From Neoechinorhynchus agilis (Eukaryota; Animalia; Acanthocephala): 21,756 bases of DNA. A program made the position numbers and the translations under genes. This document shows positions 1-8,766 of the stretch, piece by piece (position 1 is the stretch's first letter; each line of letters begins with the position of its first letter). The DNA is taken from assembly GCA_051530055.1 (NCBI GenBank), contig JBMGUZ010000047.1, forward strand, positions 1-21,756, written 5' to 3'. Below the pieces are notes generated by a model. That model was not told the DNA's origin and ran no database searches. It saw nothing but the letters and a program-made list of their open reading frames with translations.

Positions 1-1690
1 TTTGGATTATTGTTTTCGGACGAAAAGAAACTTTCTTTTTTGGTAGTTTTGCCACCCCGCCGGATTTACTAATCTATATTTCCCCGATATTTCACCTCTC
101 GGATAATTCTCCGGCATTTCCTCTCAAGGTTTGTCTTTGTCGTAGAATTATCCGAGAGGTGAAATATCGGGGAAATAAATCAAGGAATCCGGGGTTGGCG
201 AAACTAAGAAAATGAAAAAGTATGTCTTGGATTATTGTTTTCGGACAAAAAGAGACTTTCTTTGGTAGTTTTGCCACCCCGCCTGATTTACTAATCTATT
301 TCCCCGATATTTCACCTCTCGGAAAATTCTCCGGCATTTCCTCTCAAGGTTTGTCTTTGTCGTAGAATTATCCGAGAGGTGAAATATCGGGGAAATAAAT
401 CAAGGAATCCGGGGTTGGCGAAACTAAGAAAATGAAAAAGTATGTCTTGGATTATTGTTTTCGGACGAAAAGAAACTTTCTTTTTTGGTAGTTTTGCCAC
501 CCCGCCTGATTTACTAATCTATATTTCCCCGATATTTCACCTCTCGGAAAATTCTCCGGCATTTCCTCTCAAGGTTTGTCTTTGTCGTAGAATTATCCGA
601 GAGGTGAAATATCGGGGAAATAAATCAAGGAATCCGGGGTTGGCGAAACTAAGAAAATGAAAAAGTATGTCTTGGATTATTGTTTTCGGACAAAAAGAGA
701 CTTTTTTTTTGGTAGTTTTGCCACCCCGCCTGATTTACTAATCTATATTTCCCCGATATTTCACCTCTCGGAAAATTCTCCGGCATTTCCTCTCAAGGTT
801 TGTCTTTGTCGTAGAATTATCCGAGAGGTGAAATATCGGGGAAATAAATCAAGGAATCCGGGGTTGGCGAAACTAAGAAAATGAAAAAGTATGTCTTGGA
901 TTATTGTTTTCGACGAAAAGAGACTTTCTTTTTTGGTAGTTTTGCCACCCCGCCTGATTTACTAATCTATATTTCCCCGATATTTCACCTCTCGGAAAAT
1001 TCTCCGGCATTTCCTCTCAAGGTTTGTCTTTGTCGTAGAATTATCCGAGAGGTGAAATATCGGGGAAATAAATCAAGGAATCCGGGGTTGGCGAAACTAA
1101 GAAAATGAAAAAGTATGTCTTGGATTATTGTTTTCGGACGAAAAGAGACTTTCTTTTTTGGTAGTTTTGCCACCCCGCCTGATTTACTAATCTATATTTC
1201 CCCGATATTTCACCTCTCGGAAAATTCTCCGGCATTTCCTCTCAAGGTTTGTCTTTGTCGTAGAATTATCCGAGAGGTGAAATATCGGGGAAATAAATCA
1301 AGGAATCCGGGGGTTGGCGAAACTAAGAAAATGAAAAAGTATGTCTTGGATTATTGTTTTCGGACGAAAAGAAACTTTCTTTTTTGGTAGTTTTGCCACC
1401 CCGCCTGATTTACTAATCTATATTTCCCCGATATTTCACCTCTCGGATAATTCTCCGGCATTTCCTCTCAAGGTTTGTCTTTGTCGTAGAATTATCCGAG
1501 AGGTGAAATATCGGGGAAATAAATCAAGGAATCCGGGGTTGGCGAAACTAAGAAAATGAAAAAGTATGTCTTGGATTATTGTTTTCGGACGAAAAGAAAC
1601 TTTCTTTTTTGGTAGTTTTGCCACCCCGCCGGATTTACTAATCTATATTTCCCCGATATTTCACCTCTCGGAAAATTCTCCGGCATTTCC
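1..1690. repeat. Tandem satellite, ~225-bp monomer, ~7.5 copies, each with a 34-bp inverted repeat
   Basis: The motif TTGGATTATTG recurs at 2, 227, 447, 672, 896, 1120, 1346 and 1571 (period 220-226). Copies are near-identical. The array runs off the left edge and ends abruptly in the hairpin loop at ~1690. Confidence 0.97.
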
Positions 1691-3451
1691 AAGTTAGAAT
1701 TGTAGTGTCATTGCTCGTAAAAAAGGTTTTTTCATCTAAACACATAAACAACAAAACGTTTAAACAATCACCAGCGTCCACACTCGCTGCGTTTCCTCTT
1801 TGGATTTGGATTATATGCGTTTTATCCATGGGAGATTATGATATCCACATCAAATTTTTTCTTTCGATTGTCTTGTGCATTGTATCGATTAATCCATTAT
1901 CCGCTACATCGCCTCAAGATTTATAACCAAAGTGCTTCTGATAATTTTCAATCAACTAGAAATCGGATAAAGCAGGATTTTATATAGCACAAAAAGATGA
2001 AGAAATTTATTAGGTCCCACAAAAAAATAGCATGAACAATTCAATCTTGAAACATTTTAATTTGCTTAATTATATTGATTTATTTGATAATTTTCGGTCT
2101 TCGCGTACGCCTTCTTCAGTCTCTTGCTCGTTTAAGTTTTTAAGTGTGTGAGTTCGGGCGATTATTCTTCCGTATTGATTAGGTTTGAGCAGTATAGTCG
2201 ATCTGTTGAAGATGAAATGAACTTCATTATTTGGGGATACATCCGTGGTTTCGCTTTAAGGACAAAATAAGCGTGAAAATCTTTCGACGGGCTTTGATGA
2301 CGTCATGGCCTAATGTTAATATGGTCGCTTCGACTTTCTAGCCTTTCATAGTGCAATCAAAGATTGTAGATAGAAACCAAACATTTTTTGCCCTTATTCC
2401 ATTGAAGTATGGAAGAACAGTGTAGCGAATATTAAATTTTGTTCTCCTATTTTGCACAAAATCCATGTTTTTTGTAGTGTTATTTAGGTCTTAGTTTTTG
2501 TAGTAATAATCTCATGATGATCTCACTTCCGACGAGATTCGCTGAACGTCTTTAATAAATTCTTTAAGGGTCATAATTCTAAGTCTTTTTAGCACGAGCA
2601 ATTATTTATCCAAAAAAGGTTTTTGATTGAATTGTTCATGTTTTTAGATGGCGTAAAAATTATTAGAATATTTTGATAAATGATACAAACTTGTCTAAAC
2701 GGAAACTTTGTTGCTTATCTCTTATTTTGAATAATAAATCGTAATTTTATGATGTTTTGTAAGTCGTTTTAAGTGTTTCTTAGGTCACGATTTCTCAAAA
2801 CAAACGTCGATTTCTTTGGTGCTTTCATGAATGGAATCTATCTTTTTTCATCGATAAAACTGGCCTGCAAAAATAATTAAAGATTTAATTCTATAAAAAA
2901 ATTTCACGATTTCCACTGATTTTGAAATTCTTCTTGTGCGCTTAACTTTCACTTGTCTTTTTTGTTGATATTTTTCAAAGTTGGGCAGCGAAAATGAATT
3001 TTGGTTTAATTTTCGAGTATTGTCCAATGTTTGCTAATGTTGTCTCACACATCATCATCATGTCTTTTATATAGATTGTATTTTTAACAACTTAAGATTG
3101 TTCACTTTCTCCTCCTTTTTATTCCGTCTTAAAAAATTTAAACGTTTTTCTGCCCTTAAATAGTTTTTTTGTTAGATACTCTTTTTATTGGGATGTTTCT
3201 AGGGCCTTTTATGAAACACATAAAAGTTTAAAGCGATAAAAACACTGTTCAAAGACGATGTCAAGAAGACTCTTTTCTTGATTTTTTATAAATTAAAAGG
3301 CACAAAATCGCATTTTATCGGTTTTTTGTTATCGTATTTTATGAGTGTCACGGAAACCTAATAGAAAAAGTTCATTTTTTTATTTTTCTTCAGCACAATT
3401 TAACCTAAATCAACACTTTGTTGTAAGATAGCGCGCACATCATTCGATCAA

Positions 3452-3688
3452 ATGTTAGTAAAGATCAAAACAATTTCTAATAAGGAATTAGAGGTAAATA
3501 TTGATTCAACCGATACTGTATTCCGCATGAAGGAATTGATCGAAGAGAAGGAAGGCATTCCGCCATCACAACAGCGTCTTATATTTGGTGGACGACAATT
3601 GATGGATAATCAAACTTTGATCGAATGCAAATTGTCTGGTGGATCGGTTGTACACCTTGTGCTCGCCCTTCGTGGCGGACACATCTGA
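3452..3688 (+). CDS. NEDD8: NEDD8/Rub1 ubiquitin-like protein precursor (78 aa, intronless)
   Basis: [15 protein letters not shown] and C-terminal HLVLALRGG with the NEDD8-diagnostic Ala72, followed by a 2-residue extension (HI) after the di-Gly. Confidence 0.93.
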   Translation: MLVKIKTISNKELEVNIDSTDTVFRMKELIEEKEGIPPSQQRLIFGGRQLMDNQTLIECKLSGGSVVHLVLALRGGHI

Positions 3689-3765
3689 ATTTGATTTCCA
3701 AAACTTGAATTGTCCTTCTTGTTTTTTACGTTTAAAAGCTCACAATTTTCACGCCTTTCAGATAT

Positions 3766-4215
3766 ATGGACCAACGCGAACCTTGTCCTTGGAGAATCGT
3801 TGACGATTGCGGAGGAGCATTTGCAATGGGTGCAATAGGTGGGTCCATTTTTCATGGAATTAAAGGATTCAAAAATGCACCAATTGGTTACCGTTCTCGT
3901 CTTCAAAGCGCGTTACAGACTATCCAACGACGAGCTCCAAGGACTGGAGCAGCCTTTTCCGCTTGGGGTGGCATGTTTTCCGCTATTGATTGTACTGTTG
4001 TCTATATCCGACAAAAAGAAGATCCATGGAACAGTATTATTGCAGGAGCCGCAACTGGTGGGATTATTGCCGTTCGACAGGGAACATCGATGATGGTGTC
4101 GTCTGCAGTTGTCGGTGGAATTCTTTTAGCCGCTATCGAAGGAGTTGGGATTCTTTTTAATAGATATTCCGCACATCTTATGTCCGCCGCCGCTACTGCG
4201 CCGCAACAACAATAA
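3766..4215 (+). CDS. TIM17: Mitochondrial inner membrane translocase subunit Tim17 (149 aa)
   Basis: N-terminal [23 protein letters not shown], then [16 protein letters not shown], and Gly-rich TM segments typical of Tim17. Confidence 0.95.
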   Translation: MDQREPCPWRIVDDCGGAFAMGAIGGSIFHGIKGFKNAPIGYRSRLQSALQTIQRRAPRTGAAFSAWGGMFSAIDCTVVYIRQKEDPWNSIIAGAATGGIIAVRQGTSMMVSSAVVGGILLAAIEGVGILFNRYSAHLMSAAATAPQQQ

Positions 4216-4559
4216 ATCTGTATTGTGTTTTTAAAACATCAACAAAACAGGCTGTGCAACAAGGGAGGGGGCGAGAACGCTGCATCTCTTCCATTGGAAC
4301 AGGACGGCAGCTGAGTGTGATCCGGAGCGGTGGTGTGAATGATTTAACTTGAGCGCCCTACATTAAAGTTCTTTTAATATCTTTAACGGATACGTAAATT
4401 CGCACGCGCGCTGTGATATTCCAGCACCGAAAGAGTATTATTAACATTGTTGACGAACAAAAGTTATTTGATCGAGAGAAAATCCGTCGGGATCACAAGG
4501 GAGTTGTTGTGGTCCCATGAGGATTAAACATATATTTCATTGTACATTGGCGAATCCTG

Positions 4560-4837
4560 TCCTTGGTAGGAAAACCTTGTGAAATATTTCGCAAATAAAC
4601 AAAATGAGTATCGATAACACCGGGGACAGGATTCGCAAAGGTGCAATCAAATTTACCCCGAGGACAAGGATATATTTTATTTCTTAAAATTATTATCTTC
4701 CGGGGAAAAGATAATTTCTTTTTTAATAGTTTTGCCACCCAGGATTTTTGTTAACTAATTTATTTCCCTGATGTTTCACATCTCGGATAATAAATTAGTT
4801 AACTTAAATCCGAGGTGGCAAAACTACCGAAAAAGAA
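4560..4837. repeat. Diverged solo monomer of the 225-bp satellite with an inverted partial copy (fold-back 4716-4837)
   Basis: ATTATTATCTTCCGGGGAAAAGATAATTTCTTTTTTAATAGTTTTGCCACCC aligns to the satellite ATTATTGTTTTCGGACGAAAAGAAACTTTCTTTTTTGGTAGTTTTGCCACCC. Arms 4716-4762 and 4791-4837 are imperfectly complementary. Confidence 0.8.
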
Positions 4838-4873
4838 GCGAGGCTTCGCTTCATCAGTCATCAAAAAAAAGGG

Positions 4874-5016
4874 TGTTTGGGGATTCGTATGTCCGCTTCT
4901 TGCGTTGCGTTTTTCATTGATATTAAACACGTCGCTGACCGGTAAATGTCTCCATTAACTGAGATATTTTTTATCCGGGATTATGACAACATCGCCATTT
5001 ACGAGGTTCGGGGACC
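4874..5016 (-). repeat. Dispersed ~140-bp repeat, inverted copy of the 13140-13411 tandem unit
   Basis: The reverse complement GGTCCCCGAACCTCGTAAATGGCGATGTTGTCATAATCCCGGATAAAAA...GAAAAACGCAACG matches 13295-13410 with few differences. Confidence 0.9.
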
Positions 5017-5382
5017 GCGTACCCCAGCCATACAATAAAAAACCTTTTCTGGTGACTGTTATTTTTGACAGTCCACATGAATTTCAAGTTCAATAGTTGT
5101 CTGGAATCATCTAGATTATACCCATTTGGCTTGCTATTTCGAACTTTAAAAATGCATTTTTAAATGTACTTTTACATTGAAATTTTACTTCACTTTTTAA
5201 AAGTTCTTCGTTCTTAAATTGCGAATAAATGAAACTTGCTAAAGAATTTAAACTATATCTATGATAGTCAAAGCATCAAGACTAGACATGAATTAATTTA
5301 TGTTCAAACTCGTTTCGTCCCACCAAACATATCTTACAATTTATTTGTTGATAGGAGAGATAAATGAAACTAAGAATTTATT

Positions 5383-5426
5383 GATTTGATATTTCGATCC
5401 ACTATTTCGTATCTTCTTCAGCGATC
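5383..5426 (-). ncRNA. Degenerate minimal type-I hammerhead ribozyme motif in the PLE terminal repeat (copy 1)
   Basis: The minus strand reads GATCG-CTGAAGA-A-GATAC-GAAATAGT-GGATC-GAAA-TA-TC-AAATC. Both core boxes are intact; stems I and II carry mismatches. Confidence 0.65.
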
Positions 5427-5532
5427 TAAAACACACACAGGGATTCTCAATTCACACGTCACATAACATCCGGTGGGAGTCGCATCCTTAATTTGAAATC
5501 AGGTTTATTGCCCTCGAACGTTTCGAACCTAT

Positions 5533-6139
5533 TTATAAGAATTCGATGATAATACGTTCGAAACGCCGACCCTTGCGAACTAGTGTTGTAGCGGTACTAA
5601 AATCAATAGTGTGCCCTGTGTTTTTTGCATGGGCCACCACTGCGGAACTAATATCCGTGTTGCGAACAAATCCGCCGGGTGAAATTGTTGGTCTGCCCCA
5701 CATAGACCTGTTTGCAACCGGAGCACGGAATTTTGTATACCGCACCAGATGACTGTTGGCCATTCTTGGGACATATCAATCCGTGTAGAGTGCGTTCCAC
5801 TCTCTTGGCCTCGCATCCTGATTTTATGATGCGCTCCATAGCAAGAATGATCATCAGGGAATGGCAGTTCAACGTAGATCTCTTCCTTTTTTGACTTTTT
5901 CTCCCCATTGAAGGTTCGACAAGATGGAGAGGATAACCATATCGACTTGATATGTACTTTAGGTAACCAATCTCCTCGTTACACAACTTGGCGTTGCTAC
6001 AATGTGTAAGAGCACGATGGATGAGTGACCTAATCCTCGAAATTTTTTGTATTTGCGAGGTTGGGCTGATGTCCATGGCACAAGGCCCACTGGTATACCT
6101 CTCTTTCGGTACACCCTGGTTGTGTGGTATCCTCTCCAT
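5533..6139 (-). pseudogene. Frameshifted PLE ORF: RT thumb plus GIY-YIG endonuclease
   Basis: Across frames: TRVYRK...SAQPRKYK / SRIRSLIHRALTHCS...GYP / IYVELPFPDD / AVYKIPCSGCKQVYVGQT..RRI / SAVVAHAKNTGHTIDF...ERIIIE. This is the canonical PLE motif order, broken by several frameshifts. Confidence 0.9.
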
Positions 6140-6289
6140 GCGTCATACCTTCAATGGGGAGACAAAGTCAAAAAAGGAATAGATCTACGTTGAACTGCCA
6201 TTCCCTGATGATCATTCTTATCTTGCTATGGAGCGCATCATAAAATCAGGATGTGAGGCCAAGAGAGTATCCTGTGTATATGCGTTTTA

Positions 6290-6333
6290 GATCGCTGAAG
6301 AAGATCCGAGATAGTGCATCAAAATATCCAATA
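6290..6333 (+). ncRNA. Degenerate hammerhead ribozyme motif, inverted copy 2 (probably inactive)
   Basis: Reads GATCG-CTGAAGA-A-GATCC-GAGATAGT-GCATC-AAAA-TA-TC-CAAT. The GAAA box is mutated to AAAA. Confidence 0.5.
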
Positions 6334-6584
6334 AAATCTTAATTTCATTTATTTTCTCCTATCAACAAATAACAATGAATTATCTTTTCAACATATCTTA
6401 CAATTAGTCGACATGTATTTGTGGGACAATAAGTAAATATTAATGTACAAAGATGTTCCTTAGAAGGAAAAGGGATTACAAATTGAATATCTTAATTCAA
6501 ATGATGTTGTAATTCATGTTTTGTAAAAAATGTTTAATAAAATGATAATAATTATATCCTATTTTTGAATTTTTATATTTTAAG

Positions 6585-7950
6585 ATGGTAGCCTCCGAGA
6601 AATTTAAACGCTTTCAACTTAAACAGATATTAGGTGAAGGTCAAGTGAGTTTTTAAATGTGTTTATTTTAAGTTTACTCTTATTTTTTTACAGTTCGCAG
6701 TTGTGTACAAAGCTGTAGATACTCAGATGAAAAAACCGGTCGCTGTAAAGAAGGTCAGCTTGCACGTTACAAATATTTTTAAACGTATTCTAAATAGATT
6801 AAAGTCGGATCTATTTTCGAAATTCAAGATGGAATTCATCGGACGGCAATAAGAGAAATAAAGTTCCTAAAAGAACTAAACCACCCAAATGTAATTGGGG
6901 TCAGTTTATTTTCTTTTTCAACCTAAATCCCAAGTGCGGAAAAAGTTGAATGATGTATACACAAAGCACCACTTCAAAGATCACAGTGTATACCTCGTCT
7001 TTGATTTTATGGATTATGACCTTGAGAGAATTATAATCGACCAATCATTCGAACTAAGTCGACCAATTATCAAAGGGTTCGGTTTGATGTTGCTTAGGGG
7101 TCTCGGATACCTTCATGACAGTGGAATTCTCCATAGGGTAAGAAAACAAGGATTACTCTTTGATTCCATAAATCTTTCGAAGGATCTTAAACCCAACAAT
7201 CTTCTGATTTCCTCTGACGGAGTTCTTAAAATCGCTGATTTTGGACTTAGCCGAATTTGCGCCAAACCGAATGTACCGATGACCAATCAAGTCGTCACAA
7301 GGTTTTTTAAAAATAGGGCATTTCATTCTTAAGAAATTTATTTTTTTACATACACGCATTTTCGAACAGTTGGAACAATCTCAAACTTTCTGAAGCATAC
7401 TTGCCCTACTTATTATTTCCTGTATTTTTTCAAAGGTGGTACCGTGCACCGGAGCTTCTTGTCGGATCCATCTTCTACGGATTCGGCGTGGATATATGGG
7501 CAGTAGGTTGTATACTAGCGGAAATGTTCATCAGAACTCCTTTTTTACCTGGAATGAGTGACGTCGATCAGCTTCACAAAATCTACCAGGTTTTTGGGTG
7601 TCCGACTGAGAAGACATGGCCGGGTATTGAAGGTCTCGGTGGTCTTTTAACGTTTGATTCCAACAAAGTCGAACAAATCCCTTTGGAGAATGTTTTAAAG
7701 TTCTTAAGTTCTACGGAAATAGACGTGATTCGAAGGATTATGGTGATCAATCCAAACAACCGGCCTAGAGTCGATGATGTGAGTCTTCGCTTGTTTATGC
7801 TGATGCCCTCTTAAGCATTACTCATGACAGGTTTACGAGTTTGAGTTCTTCGCGGATGAAATCGTACCACTTATGGTTACCATTGGAAGCGAAGTTGGTG
7901 GTGTGAATGATGCTCTTTTGCCGGAATCCACTAGACAGGAATCTTGGTGA
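6585..7950 (+). CDS. CDK7: Cyclin-dependent kinase 7 (CAK/TFIIH kinase), 7 exons, ~331 aa
   Basis: Exons 6585-6644, 6694-6753, 6798-6899, 6946-7137, 7183-7301, 7436-7778 and 7831-7950 join in frame across GT-AG introns of 49, 44, 46, 45, 134 and 52 nt. Motifs: [51 protein letters not shown]. The last exon is the least certain. Confidence 0.92.
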
Positions 7951-8264
7951 AATAATTGTATTCTTATAGAAAATATTAGTTTAGCGTTTTAATGAACTTC
8001 AGAATCGTTTGCTCTGTAAAAAGTGCAATCAACAAATTATGTTTTTTGTCTTAATGAAAAGGCTGAAATTTTGTTTAACTTGGTATTTTCATTGTTAGAT
8101 TGGATCTTTAGTGTTCCAAATCAAATTTTTAGAAATTAGAACCACGGGATTCGCTTTGGTTCTGTTCTTTTTCCACTCAAACGCTTTTAATTTTTGAAAT
8201 TAAAACTAAATAACACATTATTTTTATTTTTGAGTGTATTTGAAGATTGAATTATTCATGTTTG

Positions 8265-8450
8265 TATGTGGCGCAAAAATAGAAGCAATTTATTAGCTAC
8301 GATATTTCGGCACAAGCTTGCGCCTTTATTAAGGTTGTAAAAGTGTTTTATTCGCACTTACCAGATAAAACACTCTTACAACCTTGATAAGGCGCAAGTT
8401 TGTGCCGAAATATCGGACCTAATAAATTGCTTCAATTTTTGCGCCACATA
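8265..8450. mobile_element. TA-flanked hairpin MITE (arms ~87 bp, 13-nt loop)
   Basis: 8265-8351 is the reverse complement of 8365-8450 with about 6 substitutions and 1 indel. The element begins and ends with TA, consistent with a Tc1/mariner-type target duplication. Confidence 0.8.
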
Positions 8451-8766
8451 TAAAAACATTTTTTTGAGTGTGTTTTTGTCAAGTTTTATGCGTGAGATTG
8501 AAAAAGGGCACACTCGATAGATTAAAATTTTGTGTCGACAGTGTGCCCAGATGAGATTGTTATTCCGTAAATGTTTCGAAAAAAATTCATAATTGTTATT
8601 CTAGTGAGCCTATTTTTTTAGACGTTTCAACAATAGTTCGATGCTCAAGTGATTTTTTTAAATGAGTTGAATTTCGTTTGACACATCAGAAGGAACCACG
8701 CGCGCAATTCTTGACTTGCGTTTGAGTGAGTTTAGAAATTTCCGCCTCTTGCCACTCATTCAGAAA

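Larger units (their letters stand above)
5342..6389 (-). mobile_element. 5'-truncated Penelope-like retroelement (PLE) with inverted 5' segment and candidate 16-bp TSD
   Basis: RT-thumb and GIY-YIG coding remnants. 6147-6268 is an inverted copy of ~5798-5915 and 6269-6375 is an inverted copy of ~5341-5444. The direct repeat AACATATCTTACAATT at 5326-5341 and 6390-6405 flanks the whole structure. Confidence 0.85.

Noticed and set aside
1-1690. CRISPR array interpretation of the palindromic repeats
   Set aside because: There are no unique spacers, the units are far too long, the context is eukaryotic and there are no cas genes.
92-1829. Repeated short ORFs (MAKLPKK..., MSWIIVFGRK..., MKKYVLDY...) on both strands
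   Set aside because: They are by-products of the 225-bp satellite. Frames change with homopolymer indels between copies, and no protein family is recognisable.
4250-4345. GC-richer block after TIM17 as an extra exon or an snoRNA such as U3
   Set aside because: There is an AG at 4249-50 but no convincing in-frame donor before the TIM17 stop, and the snoRNA boxes are not in the right order.
4835-4862. CTGATGA followed by a stem on the minus strand as another hammerhead
   Set aside because: No GAAA box follows the AGCGA/TCGCT stem. It is only a small GAAGCGA/TCGCTTC hairpin.
8506-8548. Small GGGCACACT/AGTGTGCCC inverted repeat upstream of GPD2
   Set aside because: A 9-bp stem is too short to assign a function without conservation data.
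8716-8766. TTG-initiated N-terminal extension of GPD2 in the ORF track
   Set aside because: ATG 8767 gives a plausible targeting sequence, and 8726-8763 looks like a GTGAGT...CAG 5'-UTR intron.
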